Source: Bacteroidota bacterium
GTDB lineage: Bacteria > Bacteroidota > Bacteroidia > AKYH767-A > 2013-40CM-41-45
NCBI GenBank assembly: GCA_043747595.1
Contig: JAYTOX010000055.1
Location: 1,254-65,253, forward strand
Length of the DNA stretch: 64,000 nucleotides
Reading direction: 5' to 3'
The translations under genes were made by a program, and so were the position numbers. This document shows positions 28,909 to 39,781 of the stretch, one piece after another (within the stretch, counting starts at the first letter, position 1; the number at the start of each line of letters is the position of its first letter). Under the pieces are notes generated by a model. The model ran no database searches. It was not told where the DNA came from and worked only from the letters and a program-made list of their open reading frames with translations.

Positions 28909-29994
28909 ATGCTTGTTTATCTTTCAAAACGTTTACTTGCTTTTATACCGTCACTCATAGCGTTGGCTGTTATCTCCTTTCTGCTACTAAAGACGGCTCC
29001 GGGAGATCCTGTTGAAATGATGCTCACGAATCAAGCAGATCAACGGGAAACAGAAACAGCAGTTGACAAAAAAACGATGGATGAATTGAAGCATCGTTTA
29101 GGATTGGACCTTCCGGTTTTTTACATTTCCATTGTTAATCAAAATAAATTAGTTCCGACAATCAAATTTCACGGTGAAAATCAATTTCAGCGATGGTTAT
29201 TTGGCGCAGATGAAAAATCGGGGCTTGTTCATGGAGATTTTGGAAACAGTTTTCAATCGAATGAATCTGTCATATCGATCATTAAGAAAAAAATCGGATG
29301 GTCGCTATTACTTTCCATTTTATCAATATTAATATCATTTTTAATAGTAGTTCCAATAGGATTAAAACTTGGTAAGCAAGAAGGAAAATTAGTAGAAAAA
29401 CGAACGACATTTTTATTCAACATTTTATATTCTTTACCATCATTTTGGGTAGCCATCCTTTTACTTTTCTTTTTATCAAATCCCGACATGCTCAATTTGT
29501 TTCCTGTATCTGGAGTTTCACCAACAGGCGGATTCAATCAGAGTATTGGAATACTTGAGCGAATTTTCAAAACAATTCCGTATTTAATATTGCCACTTAT
29601 CACATTTACATATAGTTCGTTTGCATTTATTTCCGGAAGTGTAAAAATCAGCATTCAATCAATACTGAAACAAGATTTCATTCGTACAGCAAGAGCAAAG
29701 GGACTAACAGAAAAAAATATAGTTGAGAAGCATGCATTGCCAAATGCATTTCCATTACTAATTACAATTTTTAGCCACGTTTTTCCTTTTATCATAGGCG
29801 GATCAGTTATAATAGAATCGATTTTTAATATTCCCGGAATGGGAAATACAATCTTCCAGGCAATTGGTATGAAAGATTACCCTGTTGTAATTGCGGTCTT
29901 TTTCTTTACAGGGTTAATAACAATGATTGGTTTTTTAATAAGCGACATTTTGTATGCAGTAGTTGACCCACGTATTAAATTTACTGCGAAATGA
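28909..29994 (+). CDS. ABC transporter permease (OppB/DppB-like)
   Basis: Six transmembrane helices and a binding-protein-dependent permease signature region. The stop overlaps the next start (ATGA). Confidence 0.8.
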   Translation: MLVYLSKRLLAFIPSLIALAVISFLLLKTAPGDPVEMMLTNQADQRETETAVDKKTMDELKHRLGLDLPVFYISIVNQNKLVPTIKFHGENQFQRWLFGADEKSGLVHGDFGNSFQSNESVISIIKKKIGWSLLLSILSILISFLIVVPIGLKLGKQEGKLVEKRTTFLFNILYSLPSFWVAILLLFFLSNPDMLNLFPVSGVSPTGGFNQSIGILERIFKTIPYLILPLITFTYSSFAFISGSVKISIQSILKQDFIRTARAKGLTEKNIVEKHALPNAFPLLITIFSHVFPFIIGGSVIIESIFNIPGMGNTIFQAIGMKDYPVVIAVFFFTGLITMIGFLISDILYAVVDPRIKFTAK

Positions 29995-31256
29995 TTTTAT
30001 TGAAAGCGATCTTACAATGGATAAAGGCTATTCCAACAATAATACAGATTTATTTAGTGATAGCTTTGTTAGCGCCGATATTGGCAAACGAAAAACCAAT
30101 TCTGATTAAGTACAATGATCAGTATTTCTTTCCTGCTCTTTCAACCAATAATTATTTTATTGTTCAGAATTCTAAAGGCGAAAAAAATAGTGAACTAGTA
30201 GATTTTATTCATTGGAATAAATTGAATCCACAATTTGTAATCTACGCCCCAATCAGATGGTCGCCGGGCAAATCAGATTTATTAAATGCTAATTTCATTT
30301 CACCCTTAGCCCATCAGTATTTCGAGAATATAGATGGAACTATCCAAGAACTTCCTACGATGAGAAGACATTTCCTAGGCACTACGCGAACCGGAGAAGA
30401 TGTTTTATCAGGATTGATTTATGGAACAAGAATAGCTTTGACAATTGGGATTTCATTCGTATTAATCGCCGGGATTATCGGATTAATAATAGGTGGACTT
30501 GCAGGATTTTTTGGAGACTTCAAGTTGAAAATGTCTTACTTCTCGATTATTTCAGTTGCAATTTTATTTTTTCCTGCTGTTTATTTGAGCAAGCAAATTG
30601 TAAATTACGATTATGAGCAACCTATATTAAAAATATTTTTATCGATTTTAAGTTTTATTGCCCTTATGTTAACACCAATTATTATTGAATTAAAAATAAA
30701 AAAAATAAAACTCAAAAAGATTTTTATTCCGATCGATTTTGTCTTGATGCGATTTGTCGAATTATTTCTTTCACTTCCTCGATTAATCTTGATTGTAACG
30801 ATAGCCGCCATGACAAAACCTTCTTTATGGATGCTAGTACTGATTATAGGACTTACCTCATGGACAGACATAGCAAGAATTACAAGAGCAGAAGTGATGA
30901 AACTCAGAGAAGTTGAATTCATTCAAGTTGGAAGATCGATTGGACTCAGTTTCAACCGCTTAATGATCTACCATTTTCTCCCCAACATTTTCTCATCGTT
31001 ACAGGCATTATTTGTCTATGGATTTGCATCGGCTATACTAACCGAAACCGGACTCTCTTTTTTGGGAATCGGATTACCGGCAGGAATCACAAGTTGGGGA
31101 ACCTTGATGTTTGCAGCGAGAGAGAATTTTACTGCTTGGTGGCTCGTTATCTTTCCGGGATTGTCTATTGCGCTCTTGTTAGTAGGTTTGAATTCGTACG
31201 CTGGTAAATTAGGACAGCGAAAGAATAAATCTAACCAAAGCCTTAACATTTTTTAA
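29991..31256 (+). CDS. ABC transporter permease (OppC/DppC-like) with an N-terminal extension
   Basis: The permease core is in the C-terminal half. An N-terminal domain of about 150 aa precedes it, as in OppC-type permeases. Confidence 0.8.
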   Translation: MILLKAILQWIKAIPTIIQIYLVIALLAPILANEKPILIKYNDQYFFPALSTNNYFIVQNSKGEKNSELVDFIHWNKLNPQFVIYAPIRWSPGKSDLLNANFISPLAHQYFENIDGTIQELPTMRRHFLGTTRTGEDVLSGLIYGTRIALTIGISFVLIAGIIGLIIGGLAGFFGDFKLKMSYFSIISVAILFFPAVYLSKQIVNYDYEQPILKIFLSILSFIALMLTPIIIELKIKKIKLKKIFIPIDFVLMRFVELFLSLPRLILIVTIAAMTKPSLWMLVLIIGLTSWTDIARITRAEVMKLREVEFIQVGRSIGLSFNRLMIYHFLPNIFSSLQALFVYGFASAILTETGLSFLGIGLPAGITSWGTLMFAARENFTAWWLVIFPGLSIALLLVGLNSYAGKLGQRKNKSNQSLNIF

Positions 31257-31433
31257 CCTGTCTGTTCATAGTTGTTTCATTGATTTTTTGATAAAATTGC
31301 ATTGGCAAAAAACGGTTAGAGATTGACGACAAATTCTAAAATAACAGGTTTAGAGAAGGAACGAATTTTAAGTGAGCGCATTCAAATAATTAGAAAAAGA
31401 AAAAAGTAACAATAAATATTTATTAAACGAAAT

Positions 31434-32417
31434 ATGGATATTAAAGAAATTAACGAAAGAATTCATCGCGAATCGGCATTTGTTGATTTATTGATGATGG
31501 AATTGAGCAAAGTTATCGTTGGTCAGAAGTATATGACAGAACGATTATTGATTGGAATGTTAGCCAATGGACACATACTTTTAGAAGGAGTTCCCGGATT
31601 GGCGAAAACATTAGCTATCAAATCTATTTCAACGGCAGTTCATGCGAAGTTCAGTAGAATCCAATTTACACCAGATCTACTTCCTGCCGATTTAGTCGGA
31701 ACAATGATCTACAATCAAAAGCAAGAAAATTTTACTGTGAGGAAAGGGCCTGTCTTTGCTAATTTTATATTAGCCGATGAAATAAATCGTGCTCCTGCTA
31801 AAGTACAAAGTGCACTTCTTGAAGCGATGCAAGAAAGACAAGTAACAATAGGAGATACAACTTTCCCGCTAGAAGAACCTTTCTTAGTACTAGCAACACA
31901 GAATCCGATTGAACAAGAAGGTACTTATCCTTTGCCGGAAGCACAGGTAGATCGCTTCATGTTAAAAGTAGTTATTGGTTATCCAACGAAAGAAGATGAA
32001 AAATTAATTGTGCGTCAGAATATTTCCAACGATTTTCCTAAAATAAATCCTGTAGTAAGTACAGATGAAATTCTCAGAGCTCGTAAAGTAGTTCGAGAAG
32101 TTTATATGGATGAGAAGATAGAAAAATATATAATTGATATTGTTTTTGCTTCACGTACACCTAAAGAATATAATCTTGATAAAATTTCTAACTTGATTAG
32201 TTACGGAGGTTCGCCACGAGCAAGTATAAATTTAGCATTGGCATCAAAAGCTTATGCATTTATTAAACGAAGAGGTTATGTAATTCCGGAAGATGTAAGA
32301 GCTGTGTGTCATGATGTGATGCGTCATAGAATTGGAGTTACTTACGAAGCAGAAGCTGAAAATGTAACAAGCGAAATGATTATCAATGAAATTTTGAACG
32401 CAGTAGAAGTTCCATAG
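31434..32417 (+). CDS. moxR: MoxR-family AAA+ ATPase (first gene of the Bat operon)
   Basis: Walker A is GVPGLAKT and Walker B is ILADEINRA. The 327-aa length fits MoxR. Confidence 0.9.
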   Translation: MDIKEINERIHRESAFVDLLMMELSKVIVGQKYMTERLLIGMLANGHILLEGVPGLAKTLAIKSISTAVHAKFSRIQFTPDLLPADLVGTMIYNQKQENFTVRKGPVFANFILADEINRAPAKVQSALLEAMQERQVTIGDTTFPLEEPFLVLATQNPIEQEGTYPLPEAQVDRFMLKVVIGYPTKEDEKLIVRQNISNDFPKINPVVSTDEILRARKVVREVYMDEKIEKYIIDIVFASRTPKEYNLDKISNLISYGGSPRASINLALASKAYAFIKRRGYVIPEDVRAVCHDVMRHRIGVTYEAEAENVTSEMIINEILNAVEVP

Positions 32418-32429
32418 AAAGTAAGATCG

Positions 32430-33308
32430 ATGGAAACAACCGAATTATTAAAGAAAGTTAGGAAGATCGAGATCAAAACCCGTGGGTTATCTTCTCATAT
32501 CTTTTCAGGTGAATATCATAGTGCTTTTAAAGGTCGCGGAATGGCCTTTAGCGAAGTTCGTGAATATACACCCGGCGATGATATCAGAACAATCGATTGG
32601 AATGTAACTGCTCGTTTTGGACATCCGTTCGTGAAAGTCTTTGAAGAAGAAAGAGAACTGAATGTAATTTTACTGGTTGACGTAAGCGGTTCAGAGTCTT
32701 TTGGAACAAGCGGACAGTTCAAAAAAGATATGATTACAGAGTTGTGTGCAGTAATTTCATTTTCTGCTATACAGAATAATGATAAGATAGGAGTTATTTT
32801 TTTCAGCGACATTATCGAGAAATATATTCCACCTAAAAAAGGTAAATCACATATTCTACGAATTATTCGCGAGCTAATAGAATTCAAACCAAAAAATCAA
32901 AAAACCAATATCGGAGAAGCATTACGTTACATGACAAATATGATTAAGAAGAGATCAATTTGTTTTGTGATATCCGATTTCAAAGATCAAAATTTCGAAG
33001 ACGCGTTGAAGCTCTCCAATAAACGCCACGATGTAGTTGCATTACAAATTTACGATCAAAGAGAAATTGAATTGCCGGATATTGGATTAGCTGAATTCAA
33101 AGATTCAGAAACAGGAAAGGTGTTAATAGTAGACACATCGAATAGCGAAGTCAGAAAAACGTTTAAGAAAAATTGGGAAATGAATGAAAAAAAACTTCAA
33201 GATATTTTTGCCAAAAGTGGAGTTGATAAAGCGAAAATCAGAAATGATCAATCGTATGTTCAGCCATTAATGTTATTATTTAAGAAACGAGGAAAATTAG
33301 GGAAGTAA
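32430..33308 (+). CDS. DUF58 domain protein (vWA-like, MoxR partner)
   Basis: It sits immediately downstream of moxR at the canonical Bat operon position and contains a DVSGS MIDAS-like motif. Confidence 0.75.
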   Translation: METTELLKKVRKIEIKTRGLSSHIFSGEYHSAFKGRGMAFSEVREYTPGDDIRTIDWNVTARFGHPFVKVFEEERELNVILLVDVSGSESFGTSGQFKKDMITELCAVISFSAIQNNDKIGVIFFSDIIEKYIPPKKGKSHILRIIRELIEFKPKNQKTNIGEALRYMTNMIKKRSICFVISDFKDQNFEDALKLSNKRHDVVALQIYDQREIELPDIGLAEFKDSETGKVLIVDTSNSEVRKTFKKNWEMNEKKLQDIFAKSGVDKAKIRNDQSYVQPLMLLFKKRGKLGK

Positions 33309-33342
33309 TTAGTATAATAAAACCGGTAGCGTAATACAATTT

Positions 33343-34320
33343 ATGTCAAGCATAAAATCAATTATTCAGTTTTCAATATTCATTTGTTCTTTCATTTGGA
33401 CGGCATCCATTTTTGCTGCAGCTGAAAGTGGAAATGTATTAGCAAAAGTTGACACCAATCAAATCCGAATTGGTGAACAAATAAAATTGGAATTCAATGC
33501 ACCTATTTTACCAAATCAAGAATTATATTTTCCTACACTACCCGACACCTTCAATCATTTTGAGGTAGTAAAAAGAAACAAACTCGACACGATTCCCAAC
33601 AGTTCCCCGCTAACATTGAGACAAACACTTTTTTTAACCTCGTTCGATTCCGGCTACTATGTTATTCCTCCCATTCCCTTCTTAAGAAGAAATATCAAAA
33701 CCAAGCAAACAGATACGATTCTAACACAAGCAATACTTATCGGAGTAAAAACAATAGCCGTAGATACAACGAAAGCTATTAAAGATATAAAACCGGTAAT
33801 GACGGCTCCATACCCTTGGAGAGAATACTTGCCCTACATTTTAGGAGCTATCATTATTATCGGTGGAATAATATATCTTGCCTTGCGACTAGCAAGAAGG
33901 AGAAAAAGGCCGGAGACATTAATAAGTAAACCAAAAATTCCGGCACATATACTTGCACTTGAAAATTTAAAAAGAATAGAATCAGAAAAAATTTGGCAGA
34001 ATGGTTTTATGAAAAAATACCATAGCGAAGTATCAGATACACTCAGAACCTACATTGAAGAAAGGTTTTCAATCCCTGCGATGGAACAACCGTCAGACGA
34101 AACATTGAGAAAATTTGGATCATCAATGTTGAATCCACAACAAAAAGAACGATTAAAATATGTGTTGCACACAGCCGATCTAGTAAAATTTGCAAAATCA
34201 GAACCTGTGTCTTACGAGAATGAGCAATCGATGCAGTACGCACTTGAATTTGTTAGGTCAACTTCCATTGAGAATTCGATTGAAGATAACAATGCAATCG
34301 TGAAGGAGGAAAAATCATGA
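33343..34320 (+). CDS. Bat-operon membrane protein (DUF4381-like)
   Basis: It has a signal peptide and one internal transmembrane helix and occupies the position before batA in Bacteroides-type operons. The family name is from memory. Confidence 0.55.
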   Translation: MSSIKSIIQFSIFICSFIWTASIFAAAESGNVLAKVDTNQIRIGEQIKLEFNAPILPNQELYFPTLPDTFNHFEVVKRNKLDTIPNSSPLTLRQTLFLTSFDSGYYVIPPIPFLRRNIKTKQTDTILTQAILIGVKTIAVDTTKAIKDIKPVMTAPYPWREYLPYILGAIIIIGGIIYLALRLARRRKRPETLISKPKIPAHILALENLKRIESEKIWQNGFMKKYHSEVSDTLRTYIEERFSIPAMEQPSDETLRKFGSSMLNPQQKERLKYVLHTADLVKFAKSEPVSYENEQSMQYALEFVRSTSIENSIEDNNAIVKEEKS

Positions 34321-35312
34321 TGGACGGAATTAAATTTGCAAATCCTTATTTTCTGTTGCTCTTATTATTAGTGCCGGTTTTTGTGGTCTTTCATTTTTTC
34401 TATTTGAACAAAAAAAGAACGCAGATTACATTTTCAGACTTCAATAGTTTCAATGGAATAAAGCCGACATTCAAACAACAATTTCATTTTTTGCCTTTTG
34501 TTTTGAAAATGTTGGCTTTCGCTTTAGCAGTAGTTGCATTAGCAAGGCCACAATCCAGTTTAAGTGGGCAAAATGTAAAAACCGAAGGGATAGACATTAT
34601 GATGGCCTTAGATATTTCCTCCAGTATGTTGGCAGAAGATTTAAAGCCAAACAGAATAGAAGCGGCTAAAAAAGTAGCAGAAGAATTTATTGATTCACGC
34701 CCGAATGATCGAATAGGTTTAGTTGTATTTGGAGGCGAAAGTTTTACACAGTGTCCTCTCACTACCGATCATTCCGTTTTAAAAAATTTATTTACAGGTA
34801 TCGAATCTGGAATGTTAGCCGATGGTACAGCGATTGGTGAAGGACTAGCTACAGCGGTAAATCGTATACGTAACAGTAAAGCAAAGAGTAAAGTAATTAT
34901 TTTACTTACCGATGGCGTTAATAATATCGGCTCAATATCTCCGGGCACAGCGGGAGAAATAGCAAAGACATTCGGTATTCGAGTTTATACAGTTGGAGTT
35001 GGGACTAGAGGCATGGCTCCTTATCCAGTCAATACTCCATTTGGAATTCAGTATCAGAACATGGAAGTACAAATAGACGAAGAAATATTAAAACAAATTG
35101 CTACGGAAACAGATGGAAAATATTTCAGAGCAACAAATACATCGAAACTAAAAACTATTTATGATGAAATTGATAAGTTAGAAAACACAAAACTTGACGT
35201 TACGGAATTCCATAATTATACAGAAGAGTTTTATCCTTGGGCATTAGCAGCATTAGGATTCTTTTTGATTGACATCATACTACGTTACACACTCTTTAAA
35301 AAATTGCCATAA
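34317..35312 (+). CDS. batA: vWA-domain aerotolerance protein BatA
   Basis: Two N-terminal transmembrane helices, a vWA MIDAS (DISSSM...T...LTDG) and a C-terminal transmembrane helix. It overlaps the upstream stop (ATGA). Confidence 0.8.
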   Translation: MMDGIKFANPYFLLLLLLVPVFVVFHFFYLNKKRTQITFSDFNSFNGIKPTFKQQFHFLPFVLKMLAFALAVVALARPQSSLSGQNVKTEGIDIMMALDISSSMLAEDLKPNRIEAAKKVAEEFIDSRPNDRIGLVVFGGESFTQCPLTTDHSVLKNLFTGIESGMLADGTAIGEGLATAVNRIRNSKAKSKVIILLTDGVNNIGSISPGTAGEIAKTFGIRVYTVGVGTRGMAPYPVNTPFGIQYQNMEVQIDEEILKQIATETDGKYFRATNTSKLKTIYDEIDKLENTKLDVTEFHNYTEEFYPWALAALGFFLIDIILRYTLFKKLP

Positions 35313-35313
35313 T

Positions 35314-36348
35314 ATGTTTCGACTAGCACATCCGGAATACTTATATACATTGGCAGTTTTACCTGTCATACTACTCTTTTACATTTATTCAATCCGGTGG
35401 AAAAAGAAAGCCATAAAATCGTTTGGTGATCCACTTTTAGTAAATAAATTAACACCAAACATTTCTAAATCAAAACCGATTGCACGATTAATTTTAAACT
35501 TAACAGGAATAGCACTTATTATTATAGCATGTGCGAATCCACAGATTGGAATGAAGCTTGAAGAAGTAAAACGAGAAGGCGTTGATATCATTATTGCATT
35601 AGATGTTTCTAATTCGATGAAAGCACAGGATATTAAACCGAACCGATTAGAAAGAGCCAAACAAGCAATTAGCCAGTTGATCGATAAGTTACAAAACGAC
35701 CGAATCGGAATGATTGTATTTGCGGGGCAAGCTTACGTTCAATTGCCCATTACATCCGATTATGCGGCAGCTAAATTATTTCTTTCAACGATCGATACAG
35801 ATATTATTCCAACACAAGGAACATGCATTGGCTGCGCAATAGATCTATCACAGCAATCATTTGTAGGAAACGATAATAAACATAAAGCGTTAGTCATAAT
35901 TACCGACGGAGAAGACCATGAAGAAGATGCAATTGAAGCAGCTAAAAATGCACATGCCAACGGAGTGATTATTCATACAATTGGAATGGGAACGCCAGAA
36001 GGAGCGCCAATACCTATTTCAAGAAATGGGAGCCAAGATTTCTTGAAAGATAATTCAGGAAATACCGTAATCACGAAGTTAGAAACGTTGACACTCGAAA
36101 GAATTGCAGAAGAAGGAAAAGGAATTTTTGTTCAAGCATCAAACAGCGATGATGGATTACAGAAAATTCTGTCACAAATTACGAAGATGGATAAGAAAAG
36201 TTTTGGCACAAAGCAATTTACAGACTATGAAGATCGGTTTCAATATTTTTTAGTGGCAGGTCTCCTTCTCTTGCTTATAGAATTTACAATCACCAATAAA
36301 AGATCAGTTATTTTTCAGAAAATGGATCTGTTTAACGAAAAAAAATAA
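35314..36348 (+). CDS. batB: vWA-domain aerotolerance protein BatB
   Basis: The start is placed at an internal ATG two nt after the batA stop. The ORF-track start at 35269 would overlap batA by 44 nt. A vWA MIDAS (DVSNSM...ITDG) is present. Confidence 0.75.
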   Translation: MFRLAHPEYLYTLAVLPVILLFYIYSIRWKKKAIKSFGDPLLVNKLTPNISKSKPIARLILNLTGIALIIIACANPQIGMKLEEVKREGVDIIIALDVSNSMKAQDIKPNRLERAKQAISQLIDKLQNDRIGMIVFAGQAYVQLPITSDYAAAKLFLSTIDTDIIPTQGTCIGCAIDLSQQSFVGNDNKHKALVIITDGEDHEEDAIEAAKNAHANGVIIHTIGMGTPEGAPIPISRNGSQDFLKDNSGNTVITKLETLTLERIAEEGKGIFVQASNSDDGLQKILSQITKMDKKSFGTKQFTDYEDRFQYFLVAGLLLLLIEFTITNKRSVIFQKMDLFNEKK

Positions 36349-37092
36349 GTGATGAAAAAAAATTGTTTGACATACAATAAACTAATTTTCAATATCTCCT
36401 TTTTGAGTATGTTGATACTTTGCCATTTTGCCATTGGACAAAAATCGTCCTACAAAATGATTACTGAAGGCAATGCGCAATACGATCAAAAGAAATATAG
36501 TGATGCAGAAGTAAATTACAGAAAATCGATCACGACCGGTAAAAATGTGAAAGAAGGAAATTACAATTTAGGAAATAGTTATTACAAGCAAGAAAAATTT
36601 GAAGAGGCGGCAAAGCAGTATGAAAGTACAGGCGCCTTAAAAGATTTAAACGATGAAGATAAATCTGCTGTCTATCATAACTTAGGGAATGCTTTGTTAA
36701 AAGAGAAAAAGTATCCTGAAAGTATTGATGCATTTAAAAATGCCCTGAAAGCAAATCCAAAAGACAATGATACGCGATACAATTTGGCGTATGCACAATC
36801 AATGCTACAGAAACAGCAGGATCAAAAAAATAAAGATAATAAAGATAAAAAGGACGATAAGAATAAAGAGCAACAGAAGAAAGAAGAGCAACAGAAAAAA
36901 GACGAGCAACAAAAGCAAGAAGAGAACAAGGAAGGTCAAAATAATGAGGAGAAAAATCAAGGAAAGAAAGATAAGATTTCAAAAGATGATGCTGAAAAGA
37001 TTTTACAAGCATTGAATAATGATGAAAAGAAAACGCAGAAGAAATTAAACTTGAAGCAGCCTACTAAAGTGAGTATTGAGAAGCAATGGTAA
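36349..37092 (+). CDS. batC: TPR-repeat protein BatC with a K/E/Q-rich low-complexity tail
   Basis: TPR-like repeats are in the N-terminal half. The low-complexity tail is encoded by purine-rich repetitive DNA at 36800-36990. Confidence 0.7.
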   Translation: MMKKNCLTYNKLIFNISFLSMLILCHFAIGQKSSYKMITEGNAQYDQKKYSDAEVNYRKSITTGKNVKEGNYNLGNSYYKQEKFEEAAKQYESTGALKDLNDEDKSAVYHNLGNALLKEKKYPESIDAFKNALKANPKDNDTRYNLAYAQSMLQKQQDQKNKDNKDKKDDKNKEQQKKEEQQKKDEQQKQEENKEGQNNEEKNQGKKDKISKDDAEKILQALNNDEKKTQKKLNLKQPTKVSIEKQW

Positions 37093-37105
37093 TGATGAGA
37101 AAAAG

Positions 37106-39001
37106 ATGAGAATGGACATTAAAAATTATAAGATAGCTAAAATGTGGGAAAAGGCGAGAGCAATATTTTTAATCTGCTTTATTTTTCTGATTCCACATTT
37201 AGCCATTGGCCAAAACGAAAAATTTACAGCGAGCACATCGGCATCAAGTGTTGGAACGGGAGAACAATTTCAGGTTACATTCTCATTGAATGCATCCGGC
37301 CGTTCGTTTAAGGCTCCTACTTTTTCAGATTTTACTGTACTGATGGGGCCAAGCCAAAGCAATCAAATGCAAATTATCAACGGCGCAGTTTCACAAACCT
37401 TGTCGTTTACATATGTACTTCAGGCAACCAAAGAAGGTAGTTTTAAAATCGGACCGGCCGAAATCATGGTTGGAGTAAATAAAATTGAAAGCAACATACT
37501 CACGATTGTTGTTACAAAAGGACAACCACAAACTCAAAATAAAACACAAGGAAATCAATCAGGGCAAGGGAGTGAAAGGATTATGGAAGGTGCCGGAAAA
37601 AATATTTTTGTAAGAGCAACTGTCGATAAGAATACTGTCTATCAAGGTGAAGGAATAGTAATTAGTTATAAGCTATATACCAAAGTGCCAGTGTTAGATT
37701 TTGTCATCCCTAAACTTCCATCTTACTCTGGATTTTGGAATCAGGAAATCGACAAGAAAGGGCAACAAGAACAAAATACAGTTCTGGACGGAGTAAACTA
37801 TAAGGTTGTTGATTTTAAGCAAATGGTTTTATTTCCTCAGCGCTCCGGTATACTCACCATAGATCCTATGGAATGTCAAGCAATAGCACGAGTAACAGTA
37901 AAGCGACAACAGCAAGGACAGAGCAACGATCCGTTTAGTCAATTTTTCAACGATCCTTTTTTTAACAACAATCCTTTTTTCAATAATAATGTTCAGGATA
38001 TAAAAATTGCTTTAAAAAGTGAGGCATTGAAAATTAATGTTAAAGAGCTTCCTCCGAATGCCCCGAAAGAATTTAATGGAGCTGTCGGAAAATTGAATTG
38101 CGAAATTAGTTTAGATAAGACAACAACTAAAGCAAATGAAGCTGTAAATATTAAAGTAAAGCTTAGTGGAAAAGGCAATATTAAATTGTTGGAGTCGCCT
38201 GGATTTACATTTCCACCCGATTTCGAAACGTATGATCCGAAAGAAAACACGACGCTCAATGCTAGTGCAGCAGGAGTTACCGGGACAAAAACATTTGAGT
38301 ATTTAATCATCCCACGTAATCCCGGTGATTTTAAAATAACTGTAAATCCATTTGTCTATTTCGATTTAGATAGAAAGCAATACACCAAAATTGATTTGAA
38401 CGACTTAAATTTGAAAGTAACGAAAGGAGATGGAAATTCTATTTCGGTTTCTTCCGATGTTCAACGTTCAGATGTAAAACAATTGGGAAAAGACATCCAC
38501 TTTATTAAAACAAACGATATAGAATTTGAGAACTCCTACAAGCCACTTTTCGGATCAATCAAATTTTATAGTCTTGCTCTTTTCCCGGCATTAGCTTTTT
38601 TCCTTTTATTATTTGTGCGGAAGAAGAATCAAAAAGATTTAGGAAACAGTGATGTGATTAAAAGTCAGCGTGCCAATAAAGCTGCAATGAAACGATTGAG
38701 TGCTGCAAAGAAATATCTTTCAACGAATGAGAAAGACAAGTTTTTAGATGAAATGTTTAGAGCGCTTTGGGGATTTATTGCCGACAAGTTGGTGATACCA
38801 GTTGCAGATTTATCGAAAGAAAAAGTAGTTGAGCTACTCAGAGAGAAAAACATTTCAAATGAATTGATAAACGAATTTACAGAAACCATCGACAGTTGTG
38901 AGTTTGCTCGTTTTGCAGGAGGTATTGCAGATAGCAACGATATTATTTATCAGAAAGGGATAACGATTATTTCAAAATTAGAAAGTGTAATTCGATCATA
39001 A
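37106..39001 (+). CDS. batD: BatD-like protein
   Basis: A large signal-peptide protein with a C-terminal transmembrane helix at the batD position. The start is placed at the ATG (MRMDIK...) downstream of the batC stop. The ORF-track start at 37076 overlaps batC. Confidence 0.7.
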   Translation: MRMDIKNYKIAKMWEKARAIFLICFIFLIPHLAIGQNEKFTASTSASSVGTGEQFQVTFSLNASGRSFKAPTFSDFTVLMGPSQSNQMQIINGAVSQTLSFTYVLQATKEGSFKIGPAEIMVGVNKIESNILTIVVTKGQPQTQNKTQGNQSGQGSERIMEGAGKNIFVRATVDKNTVYQGEGIVISYKLYTKVPVLDFVIPKLPSYSGFWNQEIDKKGQQEQNTVLDGVNYKVVDFKQMVLFPQRSGILTIDPMECQAIARVTVKRQQQGQSNDPFSQFFNDPFFNNNPFFNNNVQDIKIALKSEALKINVKELPPNAPKEFNGAVGKLNCEISLDKTTTKANEAVNIKVKLSGKGNIKLLESPGFTFPPDFETYDPKENTTLNASAAGVTGTKTFEYLIIPRNPGDFKITVNPFVYFDLDRKQYTKIDLNDLNLKVTKGDGNSISVSSDVQRSDVKQLGKDIHFIKTNDIEFENSYKPLFGSIKFYSLALFPALAFFLLLFVRKKNQKDLGNSDVIKSQRANKAAMKRLSAAKKYLSTNEKDKFLDEMFRALWGFIADKLVIPVADLSKEKVVELLREKNISNELINEFTETIDSCEFARFAGGIADSNDIIYQKGITIISKLESVIRS

Positions 39002-39019
39002 CACTTTTAATAATTAGCC

Positions 39020-39781
39020 ATGAAAAAAATACTTCCACTTATATTATTTTTGTTTTTAAGCTCATTCACTTTTGCTCAAAAACTAGATGCAAATATAAGT
39101 TATAAAAAAGCGAATCAATTTTATGCCAAACAAGATTATGAGAATGCCATAACTCTGTATAAAGCATTGATTGCCGATAAAAAAATATCGGCAGAAATAT
39201 ACTACAATCTTGGAAATTCATATTTCAAAACGGGAAAAGTTTCATTAGCAATAATTGCTTATGAAAGAGCCAAAAAGATTGCTCCCGACGACGAAGACAT
39301 TGATTTCAATTTAAAGATTGCATCATTAAAAACCATCGATCGAATAGATGTAGTACCTGATGTATTCTATAAAAGATGGTACCGAAGTGCGTCGTTGTTA
39401 TTTTCAGCAAATGGCTGGTCAACACTATTTATTATCTCCATTTGGTTATTTTTTATTTCAGCAGCAATCTATATTCTGGGTAAATCGATCGCCATTAAGA
39501 AACTTGGCTTTTTCGTTATGATTACATTTCTTTTCATTACTTCATTTGGTTATTTGATGGCTTCTTCCTCCTATTCCATTGCCCATGGAGAAGAACATGG
39601 AATCGTAATGGCACCATCGGTATATGTAAAAAGTTCGCCCGATGAAAAAGGCAACGATTTATTTATTCTTCACGAGGGAACAAAAGTAGAAGTAATGGAA
39701 ACCTTTGAAAATTGGAATAAGATTAAAATTGCCAATGGAAATATCGGTTGGTTGAAGAAGAATGAAATTGAAAAAATTTAA
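39020..39781 (+). CDS. batE: BatE-like TPR plus SH3b domain protein
   Basis: Signal peptide, TPR repeats, internal transmembrane helices and a C-terminal SH3_3-like segment. Confidence 0.7.
   Translation: MKKILPLILFLFLSSFTFAQKLDANISYKKANQFYAKQDYENAITLYKALIADKKISAEIYYNLGNSYFKTGKVSLAIIAYERAKKIAPDDEDIDFNLKIASLKTIDRIDVVPDVFYKRWYRSASLLFSANGWSTLFIISIWLFFISAAIYILGKSIAIKKLGFFVMITFLFITSFGYLMASSSYSIAHGEEHGIVMAPSVYVKSSPDEKGNDLFILHEGTKVEVMETFENWNKIKIANGNIGWLKKNEIEKI

Noticed and set aside
36734-37015. Two opposite-strand ORFs (92 aa and 82 aa) of K/R- or S/L-rich low complexity
   Set aside because: They are artefacts of the purine-rich repetitive DNA encoding the BatC K/E/Q-rich tail.
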